Below, one piece after another: positions 1 to 16,753 of a DNA stretch of 64,000 bases. The DNA is taken from assembly GCF_009914755.1 (NCBI RefSeq), contig NC_060927.1; one strand, 5' to 3'. The translations under genes were made by a program, and so were the position numbers. This stretch comes from the human T2T-CHM13v2.0 reference genome, Homo sapiens. The first letter of the stretch is position 1; every line of letters starts with the position of its first letter. Under the pieces are notes generated by a model that was not told where the DNA came from, ran no database searches, and was given only the letters and a program-made list of their open reading frames with translations.

Positions 1-19
1 GATATTGATTCCTTCTATC

Positions 20-384
20 TGTATTAGTTCATTTTCATGCTGCTGAAAAGACATATTCGAGAATGGGCAATTTACAAAAGAAAGAAATTTAATGGAGAAC
101 TCATAGTACCATGTGGCTAGGGATGCCTCTCAATCATGGCAGAAGGCAAGGAGAAGCAAATCAAATCTTACTTAGATGGTGGCAGGCAAAGAGAGCTTGT
201 GCGGGGCAACTCCCATTTTTAAAACTATCAGATCTTGTGAGACCCATTCACTATCATGAGAAGAGCATGGGAAAGACCGGCCCCCATGAATCAATCATCT
301 CCCACTGGGTCCATCCCACAACATGTGGGAATTATGGGAGCTATGAGATGAGATTTGGGTGGGACAAAGAGCCAAACCATATCA
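20..384 (-). mobile_element. THE1 (MaLR) solo LTR, THE1A/B-like
   Basis: Ends GAGCCAAACCATATCA (reverse complement of the THE1 start TGATATGGTTTGGCT); 5-bp TSD CTATC at 15-19 and 385-389. Confidence 0.92.
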
Positions 385-3151
385 CTATCCATGAGCATGG
401 GATGTTTTTCCATCTGTTTGTGTCCTCTCTGATTTCTTTGAACAGTTATTTGTAGTTCTCCTTGAAGAGGTCCTTCACTTTCCTTGTTAGCTGTATTCCT
501 AGTTATTTTATTCTTTTTGTAGCAATTGTGAATGGGAGTTCATTTGTGATTTGGCTCTCAGCTTGCCTATTGTTTGTGTATAGGAATACTAGTGATTTTT
601 GCACAGTGATTTTGTATCCTGAGACTTTGTTGAAGTTGTTTATCAGTTTGAAAAGCCTTTGGGCTGAGATGACGGGGTTTTCTAGAGGTAGGATCATGTC
701 ATCTGCAAACAAAGTTAATTTAGCTTCCTCTCTTCCTATTTAAATATGCTTTATTTCTTTCTCTTGGCTGATTGCCTTGGCTGGAACTTCCAATACTATG
801 TTGAATAGGAGTAGTGAGACAGAGCAACCTTGTGTTGTGCTGGTTTTCAAGAAGAATGCTTCTAGCATTTGCCCATTCACTGTGATATTGGTTGTGGGTT
901 TGTCATATATGACTTTTATTATTTTGAGGTATGTTCCATTAAAACCTAGTTTATTGAGAGTTTTTAAATGAAGGAATGTTGAATTTTATCTAAGGCCTTT
1001 TCTGCATTTATTGAGATAATCATGTGGTTTTTGTCTTTAAGTATGTGATGAATTATGTTTATTAATTTGTGTATGCTGAACGAGTCTTGCATCCCAGGGA
1101 TGAAGCCTACTTGATAATGGTGGATAAGCTTTTTGATGTGCTGCTGGATTTGGTTTTGCCAGTATTTTGTTTTCAATTTTTCAGAATAGTTTCAGTAGGA
1201 ATGATACCAGCTCTTCTTTGTACATCTGGTATAATTCAGCTGTGAATCTGCCTGGTCCTGGACTTTTTTGGTTGGTAGGCTATTTATTACTGACTCAATT
1301 TCAGAACTCATTATTGGTCTATTCATGGATTCAATTTCTTTCTGGTTCATTCTTGGGAGGGTGTATATGTCCAGCAATTTATTCATTTCTTCTAAATTTT
1401 CTATTTTATGTGCATAGGGATGTTTATAATATCCTCTGATAGTTGTTTTTATTTCTCTAGGGTCAGTGGTAATATCCCCCTTATCATTTCTGATTGTGTT
1501 TTTTGAATCTTCTCTCTTTTCTTCTTTGTTAGTCTAGCTAGTGGTCTATTTTATTAATTTTTCAAAAAATCAGTTCCTGGATTTGTTGATTTCTTGAAGG
1601 ATTTTTCATATCTCTACGAAGGAGATAGAAATATCTTTTGTATTTCTATCTCCTTCAGTTCAGCTCTAATCTTGGTTATTTCTTGCCTTCTGCTAGTTTG
1701 GGGTTTGTTTGCTCTTGATTCACTAGTTCTTTTAGTGATGTTAGGTTGTTATCTTGAGATCTTTCTAGCTTTTTGATGTGGGCATTTGGTGATATAAATT
1801 TCCCTCTTTTCACTGCTTTAGCTGAGTCTCAGAGATTCTGGTACTTTGTATCTTTGTTCTCACTGGTTTCAAAAAACCTTCTTGATTTCTACCTTAATTT
1901 CATTATTTACCCTAAATTCATTCAGGAGCAGGTTGTTCAATTTCCATGTAGTTGTATGGTTTTAAGTAAATTTCTTAATCTTGAGTTCTAATTTGATTGT
2001 GCTGTGGTCCAGGAGACTGCTTGTTATGATTTCAGTTCTTTTGCATTTGCTGAGGAGTGTTTCACTTTCAATTATGTGATCATTTTTTTGAGTAAGTGCT
2101 ATGTGGCAATAAGAAGAATGTATATTCTGTTGTTTTGGGTCAAAGGGTTCTGTAGATATCTATCAGGTCCACCTGATCCAGAGCTGAGTTCAGGTCCTGA
2201 AAATCCCTGTTATTTTCTGTCTTGATGATTTGTTTAATATTGTCAGTAGGGTGTTAAAGTATCCCACTATTATTGTGTGGGATTTGAGGTCTCTTTGAAG
2301 TTTTCTAAGAACTTGCTTTATGAATCTGGGTGCTCCTGTATTTGGTGCATAAATATTTAGGGTAGTTAGCTCTATGCTACATATATATGAACCCTCTACC
2401 CTTATATATTGCCCTTCTTTGTCTTTTTTTGACTTTTGTTGATTTAAAGCCTGTTTTGTCAGAAACTAAGATTGCAACCCCTGCTTTTTAATTTTTTCAT
2501 CCATCCCTTAATTTTGAGCCTGTGATGTTCTTACCTGTGAAATGGATCTCTTGAAGATAGCATTGCAGTGGGTGTTGGTTCTTTATCCAGCTTGCCACTC
2601 TGTCTTTTCATTGGGGGCCCATGTCGTCTTCTTACATTTAAGGTTAGTATTGTTATGTGTGAATTTGATCCTGCCATCATGATGCTAGCTGGTTACTTTG
2701 CAGACTTGTTTATGTGGTTGTTTCATAGTGTCACTAGTCTGTGTACTTCAGTGTGTTTTTGTAATGGCTGCTAATAGTTTTTCTTGTCCATATTTAGTGT
2801 TTCTTTCAGAAGGTGTTGTAAGGCAGGTCTAGTGGTAACGAATTGCCTCAGGATTTGCTTGTCTGAACAGGATCTTATTTATTTCTCCTTCACTTATGAA
2901 GCTTAGTTTGGCTGGATATGAAATTCTTGGTTGATATTTTTTTCCTTTAAGAAAGTTGAATACTGGCCCCCTATCTCTTCTGGCTTGTAGGGTTTCCACT
3001 GAAAGGCCTACTGTTAGTCTACTGGGCCCCCACTGTAGGTGACTTGGCCTTTCTCTCTCACTGCCCTTAACATTTTTTCTTTTATTTCGACCTTGGTGAA
3101 TGTGATGATGATGTGTCTTGGGGTAATCTTCTCATGGACTGTTATAATGTA

Positions 3152-5576
3152 TGATATGGTTTGGCTCTGTGTTCCCACCTAAATCTCATTTTGAATTAGA
3201 ATTCCCACATTTCATGGGAGGGGCCTGGTGCAAGGTGACTGAATCATGGGGGAAATCTTCTCCCTTGCTGTTCTCATGATTGTGAGGGAGTTCTCACAAG
3301 ATATTGTCATTTGAAAGTGTGTGGCACTTCCCCCTTTGCTTTCTCTTTCTCCTGCTCCACCAGGGGAAGATGTGCCTTGTTTCCCCTTTGCCTTCCACTA
3401 TGATTGTAGGTTCCCTGAGGAGCCCCAGTCATGCTTCCTGTTAAGCCTGGAGAACTGAGTCAACTAAATGCCTTTTCTTCATAAATTACTCAGTCTCAGG
3501 TAGTACTTTATAGCAGTGAGAAAATGGAATACTACAGAAAATTGGTACCAGGATAGTGGGGCACTGTTATAAAGATACTTGAAAATGTAAAAAGAACTTT
3601 GGAACTGGTTAGCAAGTAGAGGTTGGAACAGTTTGGAGGGGTCAGAAGAAGATAAGATGACGCAGGAAAGTTTGGAACTTCCTTGAGATTTTTTTGAATA
3701 ATTTTGACCAAAATGGTAATAGTGATATGGACAAGAAAGTCCAGGGCGAGGTGTTCTCAGGTGGAGATGAAGAACTTATTGGGAACTGGAGTAAATGTTA
3801 TTCTTGCTAAGCTTTAGGAAAAGACTGGTGGCATTGTGCCCCTGTTCTAGGGATCTGTGGAACTTTGAACCTGGGAGAGATGATTTAGTGTATCTGGTGG
3901 AAGAAATTTCTAAGCAGTAAAACATTCAAGATGTGGCATGGCTGCTTGTAACTGTGTACAGTTATATGCATTCACAAAGAGATGGTCTGAAATTGAAACT
4001 TATGTTTAAAAGGTAAGCAGAGCATCAAAGTTTGGAAAATTTGCAGCCCAACTATATGGTAGAGAAGAAAAAAACATTTTCTGGAAGAAATTAAAGCTGC
4101 TTGCAGAAATTTGCATAAGTAAAGAGGAGCCAAATGTTAATAGCCAAGACAATGGGGAAAATGCCCCCAGTGCATGTCACAGACCTTCGTGACAGCCCCT
4201 CCCATCCCAGTCCTGGAGGCTTAAGAGGAAAAAATGGTTTCATAAGCCAGGCCCAGGGCCCTGCTGCTCTTTGCAGCCTTGAGACATGGTGCCCTGTGTC
4301 CCAGCTACTCCTGCTTAAGCTGTGGCTAAAAGGGGCCAGGATACAGCTTGGGCCATTGCTTCAGAGGGTGCAAGCCCCCCAGACCTTGGTGGTTTCTATG
4401 TGGTGTTGGGCCTGCAGGCACACAGAAGGTAAGAGTTGAGGTTTGGGAACCTCCACTTAGATTTCAGAGGATTTATGGAAACAAATGGATGTCTAGGCAG
4501 AAGTTTACTGTAGGCACAGATCCCTCATGGAGAGCCTGTACAAAGTCAGTACAGAGGGGAAATGTGGAGTTGGAGCCCCCACACAGAGTCTCCACTAAGA
4601 CACTGCCTAGTGGAGCTGTGAGAAGAAGGCTACCATCCTCCAGACCCCAGAATGGTAGATCCAATAACAGCTTGCACCGTGTACCTGGAAAAGCTGCAGG
4701 CACTCAATAACAGCCTGTGAAAGCAGCCAAGAGGCCTGTACCCTGTAGAGCCACAGGGGTCGAGATGCCCAAGGCCTTGGGAACCCATCCCTGGCATCAA
4801 TGTGGCCTTGATGTGAGACATGGAGTCAAAGGAGATTATTTTGGAACTTTAAGATTTAAAGACTGCCCTGCTGGGTTTCAGAATTGCTTGGGGCCTGTAG
4901 CACCTTTATTTTGGCCAATTCCTTCCATTTGGAATGGGAGTATTTACCCAATAATTGTGCTGCCATTGTATTTTGGAAGTAACTAAGTATGTCCCTTCTG
5001 TATATGAGCCTCTTTTTGATTTTATAGGCTCATAAACAGAAGGGACATACTTTGTCTCAGATAAGACTTTGGATTGTGGACTTTTGAGTTAATGTTGGAA
5101 TCAGTTAAGACATTGGGGGACTGTTGGAAAGGCATGACTGGTTTTGAAATGTGAGAAGGACATGAGATTCGGGAGGGGCTGGGATGGAGTGATATGATTG
5201 TGCTCTGTGACCCCACCCAAATCTCATTTCAAATTTTAATCCTCATGTGTTTGGTGAGGGACCAGGTGGGAGGTAATTGAATTATGGGGGTGGACTCCTA
5301 TCTTGCTATTCTTGTAATAGTGAGTGAGTTCTCATGAGATCTGGTTTTATGAAAGTGTGTGGCACTTCCCCCTTCATGCTCTCTTTCTCCTGCTCTGCCA
5401 TGGGAAGATGTCCCTTGCTTCCCCTTCACCTTCTGCCATGATAGTAAGTTTCCTGAGGCCCCCCAGTCATGCTTTCTATTAAGCCTACAGAACTGTGAGT
5501 CAATTAAACCTCTTTTCTTCATAAATTACTCAGTCTCTGGTAGTTCTCTATAGCAGTGTGAAAACGAATTAATATA
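3152..5576 (+). mobile_element. Complete MaLR element (THE1D-like): 5'LTR 3152-3536, internal 3537-5189, 3'LTR 5190-5576
   Basis: Two similar ~385-bp LTRs beginning TGATATG and flanking ~1.65 kb of typical THE1/MST internal sequence; CATGCTTCCTGTTAAGCC motif suggests THE1D. Confidence 0.88.
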
Positions 5577-6078
5577 CTGGGTTCTCTGCATTTCCTGAAT
5601 TTGAATGTTGGCCTGTCTAACTGGGTTGGGGAAGTGCTCCTGGATGATATCCTGAAATATGTTTTCTAAATTGGTTCCATTCTCACTGTCTCTTTCAGGT
5701 ACCCCAATCAGTTGTAGATTTGGTATCTTTTCATAATCCCATATTTCTTGGACATTTTGTTCATGCCTTTTCATTTTTTTTTTCTAATCTTGTCTGCCTG
5801 TCTTATTTCAGAAAGACAGTCTTTGAGCTCTGAGATTCTTTTTTTTTTATTAAAATATATATTTTTTTATATTATTATACTTTAAGTTTTAGGGTACATG
5901 TGCACATTGTGCAGGTTAGTTACATATGTATACATGTGCCATGCTGGTGCACTGCCCCCACTAACTCGTCATCTAGCATTAGGTATATCTCCCAGTGCTA
6001 TCCCTACCCGCTCCCCCCACCTCACAACAGTCCCCAGAGTGTGATGTTCCCCTTCCTGTGTCCATGTGATCTCATTGT

Positions 6079-9904
<3,826 letters not shown>

Positions 9905-9967
9905 TATGATGTTAGCTGGTTATTTTGCTCGTTAGTTGATGCAGTTTCTTCCTAGTCTCGATGGTCT

Positions 9968-10984
9968 TTACATTTTGGCATGATTTTGCAGCGGCTGGTA
10001 CCGGTTGTTCGTTTCCATGTTTAGCGCTTCCTTCAGGAGCTCTTTTAGGGCAGGCCTGGTGGTGACAAAATCTCTCGGCATTTGCTTGTCTGTAAAGGAT
10101 TTTATTTCTCCTTCACTTATGAAGCTTAGTTTGGCTGGATATGAAATTCTGGGTTGAAAATTCTTTTCTTTAAGAATGTTGAATATTACCCCCCACTCTC
10201 TTCTGGCTTGTAGGGTTTCTGCTGAGAGATCTGCTGTTAGTCTGATGGGCTTCCCTTTGAGGGTAACCTGACCTTTCTCTCTGGCTGCCCTTAACATTTT
10301 TTCCATCATTTCAACTTTGGTGAATCTGACAATTATGTGTCTTGGAGTTGCTCTTCTCGAGGAGTATCTTTGTGGCGTTCTCTGTATTTCCTGAATTTGA
10401 ACGTTGGCCTGCCTTGCTAGATTGGGGAAGTTCTCCTGGATAATATCCTGCAGAGTGTTTTCCAACTTGGTTCCATTCTCCCCATCACTTTCAGGTACAC
10501 CAATGAGACGTAGATTTGGTCTTTTCACATAGTCCCATATCTCTTGGAGGCTTTGCTCGTTTCTTTTTATTCTTTTTTCTCTAACCTTCCCTTCTTGCTT
10601 CATTTCATTCATTTCATCTTCCATTACTGATACCCTTTCTTCCAGTTGATCGCATTGGCTCCTGAGGCTTCTGCATTCTTCACGTAGTTCTCGAGCCTTG
10701 GTTTTCAGCTCCATCAGCTCCTTTAAGCACTTCTCTGTATTGGTTATTCTAGTTATACATTCTTCCAAATTTTTTTCAAAGTTTTCATCTTCTTTGCCTT
10801 TGGTTTGAATGTCCTCCCGTAGCTCAGAGTAATTTGATCGTCTGAAGTCTTCTTCTTTCAGCTCGTCAAAGTCATTCTCCGTCCAGCTTTGTTCCGTTGC
10901 TGGTGAGGAACTGCGTTCCTTTGGAGGAGGAGAGGCGCTCTGCTTTTTAGAGTTTCCAGTTTTTCTGTTCTGTTTTTTCCCCAT
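9968..10984 (-). CDS. ORF1: LINE-1 ORF1p (RNA-binding chaperone), intact 338 aa
   Basis: ORF track MGKKQNRKTGNSK...YQPLQNHAKM of canonical length; ARR/EWG and YPAKLS motifs retained. Confidence 0.93.
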   Translation of the reverse strand: MGKKQNRKTGNSKKQSASPPPKERSSSPATEQSWTENDFDELKEEDFRRSNYSELREDIQTKGKEDENFEKNLEECITRITNTEKCLKELMELKTKARELREECRSLRSQCDQLEERVSVMEDEMNEMKQEGKVREKRIKRNEQSLQEIWDYVKRPNLRLIGVPESDGENGTKLENTLQDIIQENFPNLARQANVQIQEIQRTPQRYSSRRATPRHIIVRFTKVEMMEKMLRAAREKGQVTLKGKPIRLTADLSAETLQARREWGVIFNILKEKNFQPRISYPAKLSFISEGEIKSFTDKQMPRDFVTTRPALKELLKEALNMETNNRYQPLQNHAKM

Positions 10985-11885
10985 CTTTGTGTTTTTATCT
11001 ACTTTTGGTCTTTGATGATGGTGATGTACAGATGGGTTTTTGGTGTGGATGTCCTTTCTGTTTGTTAGTTTTCCTTCTAACAGACAGGACCCTCAGCTGC
11101 AGGTCTGTTGGAGTACCCTGCAGTGTGAGGTGTCAGTGTGCCCCTGCTGGGGGGTGCCTCCCAGTTAGGCTGCTCGGGGGTCAGGGGTCAGGGACCCACT
11201 TGAGGAGGCAGTCTGCCCGTTCTCAGATCTCCAGCTGCGTGCTGGGAGAACTACTGCTCTCTTCAAAGCTGTCAGACAGGGACATTTAAGTCTGCAGAGG
11301 TTACTGCTGTCTTTTTGTCTATGCCCTGCCCCCAGAGGTGGAGCCTAAAGAGGCAGGCAGGCCTCCTTGAGCTGTGGCAGGCTCCACCCAGTTGGAACTT
11401 CCCGGCTGCTTTGTTTACCTAATCAAGCCGGGGCAATGGCGGGCGCCCCTCCCCCAGCCTCGCTGCCGCCTTGCAGTTTGATCTCAGACTGCTGTGCTAG
11501 CAATCAGCGAGACTCCGTGGGGTAGGACCCTCCGAGCCAGGTGCCGGATATAATCTCATGGTGCGCAGTTTTTTAAGCCCGTCGGAAAAGCGCAGTATTC
11601 GGGTGGGAGCGACCCGATTTTCCAGGTGCCGTCCGTCACCCCTTTCTTTGACTCGGAAAGGGAACTCCCTGACCCCTTGCACTTCCCGAGTGAGGCAATA
11701 CCTCGCCCTGCTTTGGCTCGCGCATGGTGCGCGCACCCACTGACCTGCGCCCACTGTCTGGCACTCCCTAGTGAGATGAACCCGGTACCTCAGATGGAAA
11801 TGCAGAAATCACCCGTCTTCTGCGTCGCTCACGCTGGGAGCTGCAGACCGGAGCTGTTCCTATTCGGCCATCTTGGCTCCTCCCC
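10985..11885 (-). promoter_or_regulatory. L1 5'UTR: CpG-rich internal sense promoter with YY1 site, plus antisense promoter
   Basis: YY1 motif CAAGATGGCC (plus strand GGCCATCTTG, 11866-11875); many retained CpGs; ~900 bp long. Confidence 0.85.
11436..11525 (+). pseudogene. ORF0: L1 ORF0, truncated by a 1-bp deletion
   Basis: ATG at 11436 reads MAGAPPPASLPPCSLISDCCASNQRDSVG then TAG (11523-11525); the remainder (…FLSPSEKRSIRVG…) is in another frame (ORF 11558..11743). Confidence 0.75.
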
Positions 11886-12479
11886 GAGCTCTGAGATTCT
11901 TTACTCCACTTGGTCTGTTCTGCTTTAATACTTGTGATTGCATGGTGAAGTTCTTGTACTGTGTTTTTCAGCTCTATCAGGTCAGTTATTTTCCTCTCTA
12001 TACTGGCTGTTTTTGCTGTCAGCTTCTGCATTGTTTTATCATGATTCTTAGCTTCTTCGCATTGAGTTACAGCATGCTCCTTTAACTTAGCGAAGTTTGT
12101 TTTTATCCATATTCTGAAGCTTACTTCTGTCATTTTAGCCATCTCAGCCTCAGCCCAGTTCTGAACCCTTGCTGGAGAGGTGTTGCAGTCATTTGGAGGA
12201 AAGGGGGCACTCTGCCTCTTTGAGTTGTCAGCATTTTTGCACTGATTCTTTCTCATCTTTATGGGCTTACCTTTGATCTATGAGGTTGCTGCCCTTTGGA
12301 TGGGGTTATTGTGTTTCTTTTTTGTTGTTATTTTTGTTTGTTTGTTGTTTTTCTTTTAACAGTCTGGCCACTCTTTTCTAGGGCTGCTGCAGTTTGCGGG
12401 GTTCTTCTCCAGACCATAGATGCCTCAGTTTTTGCAGTACCTGGAGGTTTCACCAGTGAAAGCTCTGAAACAGCAAAGA

Positions 12480-13530
12480 TGGCAGCCTGCCCTTTCCTCT
12501 GGGAGTTCCATCCTAGGGGTGTACAGAACTGTTGCTGGCCTGAATACACCTGCATGAGGTGGCTGAAGACTCCAGTTGGTAGGTCTCACCACTCAGGAGG
12601 AACGGGATCAGAGACCCACTTAAAAAAGTAGTCTGGCTGTGTTTTGGTAGAGCAGCTTTGCTGTGTTGGGGGATCCCTTCAGTCCCCAGTTGGTTTGGAC
12701 TCTCCAAGGCACACAGGCTAGACCAGCTGAAACGTCTAAACAGCAAAGGTGGTGGCCCACCCTGCCCTCCAGGCACTCCATCCCAGGGAGAAATTAGAAC
12801 TCTGTAGCCAGTAGAACATGGGGAGAGATGGCTGGAGGCCCTGGCTGGGAGAACCTTCCCCGTGAGGAGGAATGGATCAGGGTCCCCTTTAAAGAAGCAG
12901 TCTGGCCACACCTCAACAAAACAGGCCAGCTCTGCTGGGGAACCGCCTCTGCCCTGATTCGTTTGGACTCTCCAAAGCCTCTAGGCTGGAACAGCCAAGT
13001 CACCCAAACAGCAAAGGTAGTAGCCTGCCCCTCTCCCAGGGCACTCTATCCCAGGGGGAAATCAAAACTCTGTCTATATAATATAGGCAAGGGTGGCTGG
13101 AAGCCCTGGCTGGGAGCTCTTGCCCAGTGAGGAGGAGTGGACTGGGGTCTTGTTTAAAGAAGCAGTGTGGCGATGTTCTGGTGAAGCAGCTGTGCTGTGC
13201 TGGGGGGTTTCTTCCTTGTCCAGACGGTTTGGACTCTCTAAAGCCTGCAGTCTGGAACAGATGAGCTGTCCAAACAACAATGATGGTGGCCTACCCCTCC
13301 CTCCTGGGCACTCCGTTCCAGGGAGAGATCAGATTTCTGCCTATAGAATATAGACAGAGGTGCTGGAGGCTCTGGATGCGAAGTCCTGCCCAGTAATGAG
13401 GAATGGATAAAGATCCCTCTTAAGGAAGCAGTCTGGCCACATTTTGATAAAGCATCTGTGCTGTGTTTGGGGATCCCTTTCTCGTTCGGATCTTTGGACT
13501 CTGCAAAGGCTGGCTGAGTTGTCCAAATGA
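12480..13530 (-). repeat. About four diverged ~265-270-bp monomers in the old L1 5'UTR
   Basis: AAAGAAGCAGTCTGGC-like anchor recurs near 12622, 12891, 13157 and 13422; TTTGGACTCT also recurs at that spacing. Confidence 0.8.
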
Positions 13531-14695
13531 CAGAGCCCCCAGGGGCTTCGTCCCATCTCAGACAGGCATTACGCTGCTGCCAGTGGCTGGCTGGAATTCC
13601 AAGCCAGTGGGTTTTATTTTGGGAGGTGCTATGGAAGTGGGTCCTGCAGACTGATGCTGCTTGGTCCCCTGGATTCAGCCCCCTTCCTAGGGGTATGTAC
13701 CAACATCCTGCCTTGCCTGAGATGCCATCACCTTTCTTGGGGATCCTAAGGCTGGAGTATGTAAAGCTCCTGGGTCTCTGTATGTGCCTGAGCACCGGTT
13801 CTTCCTAGACTCCACACAGCTCTGTGTGTTGGACCCAAGGCCCTGGTGGGGTGGGCTCATGAGGGGATATCCTGATCTGAGGGTTGCAAAGATCCATAGG
13901 AGAAGTGTGGTTTCCAGGGGTCACACATTCACTCACTGCCTCCCTTGGCTTGGGGTGGGGGTTCCCTTGGCTCCGTGTTGCTCCTGGGTGGGCCACTGCC
14001 CTGCCCTGCTTTTCTCCATTTTCTCTGCATTGAATTGCTTCCCTGATCAGTCCCAATGCGAGTCCCTGGATATTTCAGTTGAAGGTGCTGTATTTACTTG
14101 CTCCCTTTGTTCCTCTCCCTGAGTGCCATGCAAGTTAACTGCTTCTAATCAGCCATCTTGTCTCCCTCCTTAATAATTCTCAACTGGCTTGTGGATGTAT
14201 CTTCTCAAGGGTGCTGATAAAATGTGAGCAGTATACTGAAGCGAATTGTGTGTGGTATGATAGTGTATTCACTCTAATGGTTGACATGTCCTCTGAAATA
14301 AGGGGAAAAACAAGGAGTAACTTGCTGACACTGAGAGGAAAGAGACATGGAATAATCAAGCATGTGCCTGCTTTCTGGAATATTCTCTAGGGTATAAGAG
14401 AATGTTGTCTTTTGAGTATCTAAGAAAGCATTAACAAATCAGTTGACATATCTACAGTGAAAAAAATAATAACTTCATGTTGAACAGTGATCCAGAAAAA
14501 GTGCAAAATGGTGGATGATTTTTAAACATTCAGAGATACAGTTCTTCCTCAAAAGAGATGTGTTGTTATTAATCGTGACTTTTTTCAGTTTTTTAAAATA
14601 TTTTTAGGCCCTTATTAGTGCATCACCAAAATTTATAGGCTTCACAGTCATTGAACACAAGGTTGAGAATCCCTATTCTAAGGAGTGAGGGAGAG

Positions 14696-15098
14696 TGTAT
14701 TAGTTAGCTCGAGCTGCCACAACAAAATGCCACAGATTGGGTGTCTTAACAGACATTTTTTTTCTCACTATTTTGGAGACTGAAATTATGATGCTAACAG
14801 GGTTGGTTTCTGATGGGGCCTCTCTTCCTGACTTGACAACTGCCTCCTCCTCACTTTGTCCTCATGTGGTCTTTTCTCTGTGGAGAGAGAGAGACAGTGA
14901 GAAAACGACAGAGAGAGAGAGTGAGCTCTGGTGTCTCTTCTTCTTCTTATAAGGACATCAGTCCTATCAGATTAGGGAGCCAGCCTTCAGATCTCATTTA
15001 ACCTTAGACCTCTTTAAAGATCTAAATCCAAATACTGTCACATTGGGGGTTGGATTTTGACATATGAACTTTGGGGCCACACAATTCAGTCTATAACA
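14696..15098 (-). mobile_element. MLT1A-like MaLR solo LTR
   Basis: TGTATTAGTT...CACAATTCAGTCTATAACA termini; imperfect 5-bp TSD GAGAG/GGGAG. Confidence 0.8.
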
Positions 15099-15149
15099 GG
15101 GAGCAAGTGATTTTTGCACATTGCTGGGCAGGTGAGGTTTATACTAGCC

Positions 15150-15730
15150 CTGGTATTGGGGAAGTTTTTTCTTTCCACATGGACGAGAACATTGAGATGG
15201 AAAAATCAAAACCATGTTTTGGGAATGGCAAGTAGGGTTTAAGCTTAGCTGGAACATAAGATTTGTGCAGGGAGAGATTTAGAATATTAGTTAGAAAAGA
15301 CATATTGAGGTGAAGTTGTAGAGTCTTGGAAAAGCAGAATGGGGATGCATCACTTGATTTGGGAGGACAGCTAAGAGACACTAATGAGTTTTGAGCTGAA
15401 GAATAACATGGAACGAAGCTGTGCTATAGACAGTCACATTGGCGAAGGATGGATTGAAAGACGAAGGAGTAAGATGGAGGCAAGGAGCCCAGGTAGGAGG
15501 CAACATGGCGTGTTTGTTGAGAGCATTGACTCCACACCCAGGCTGTCAGGTCTTAAACATGACTTGTGCCACTTATATATATCAATAACTTTAGAAAAAT
15601 GTCTTTATTTTTCTGAGCTTTTGATTTTTTGTAAGTAAAATGTGCTGATCAATGTGTTAACAGTATTAGATGAGTCAATATCTGTAGGGTGCTTAGAAAA
15701 ATACCTTGCACGCAATGCTATGCAATTGTT
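15150..15730. mobile_element. Degenerate L2 fragment followed by a MIR
   Basis: L2-like purine-rich tract (ATGGAGGCAAGGAG...), then MIR-like core (CTTTAGAAAAATGTCTTTATTTTTCTGAGC...AAAATG). Confidence 0.5.
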
Positions 15731-16580
15731 TTCTTGTGCAGTGAAGGTGGGAAAGCACTAGAGAAAAATTCCAAATCAACACTTTCTTCTTTCCTTGACC
15801 AACCTTAAAATAAGAGTTTTTCAGTTAATAACTTCTGTGGTGTCTACTACATTTGTACCTCAGGCCTACTTTTGTAAACAATTAGATTTTCACTCAGCCT
15901 GCCTCACTCTGACCCTGCCAAAAGAAACCAAAATACCCCACCAGTATTCAGAATGCCTACAAGCAATCAATAAATCCTTTGCTTCTAAAAGATGCAGCTG
16001 TTCTAAAAGTTTACATCTGGACTAAGTAAGGTATGTAAATAGAAAGTCAGAACTATGCTGAAAATCTCATTTTTCTGCATTCAACTTGAACAACCAGACT
16101 GTAATGAACCAAAACACCATAAAGTCTATGTAGAAATATAAATACACGCATGGTGTATGCAAGACAAGCCCACAGGGGCAATATTATTGTGATTAAAATA
16201 TGGCTAGGTTGAATTTCTTCACTAGGTTTTCAAAGGCATACAAAATTATGTTTTTATGTATCCAATGCTGTATTCCGTGCTGCTTGGTGGATGGTATTTG
16301 GACTCAGTTTGAGTTAGTCTATGTTTTGGATGAATTATGCAAAATCCCCAAATCATATGTTTTGTAAACATAAGAAAGGAAGTGATTCCAATGGATAGGA
16401 AAAGTTGTTCCAAATTGGAAAAATGGAAAATCAGGGCCAGATGGAAGTGTGTTGGAAGGCTTAAAAGCAATAGCATTGTGAACAGTGAGCATGCATTCCC
16501 TCTTATGCCTTGATGTGAAGGAAAAACTTATTACCGATTCCTGAGAACTGACGTAGTGGCCATTTTTTTTCGTTCCCTCA

Positions 16581-16753
16581 TTATTCATTATTTCATCAAG
16601 TATTTACTATTGAGAACTTACAGTGTGCCATGTCCTAGGATTTCTCAGGAAATTCATATTCTGGTGATTATTCATTATTTCATCAAGTATTTACTTTGAG
16701 AACTTACTGTGTGCCATGTGCTGGGATTTCTCAGGAAACCCACATTCTGGTGA
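16581..16753. repeat. Tandem duplication, 2 x ~87 bp, of an L2 3'-end-like sequence
   Basis: TTATTCATTATTTCATCAAGTATTTAC...ATTCTGGTGA at 16581-16667 and 16668-16753. Confidence 0.9.

Noticed and set aside
4134-4986. Cluster of ORFs in the MaLR internal region
   Set aside because: Decayed THE1-int ORF remnants in several frames
11768-12256. 162-aa ORF
   Set aside because: Chimera of the old L1 ORF1 N-terminus reading through the TSD into the young L1 5'UTR; not a gene
12480-13530. Regularly spaced repeats resembling an array
   Set aside because: Diverged L1 5'UTR monomers; no repeat-spacer structure and a eukaryotic context, so not CRISPR
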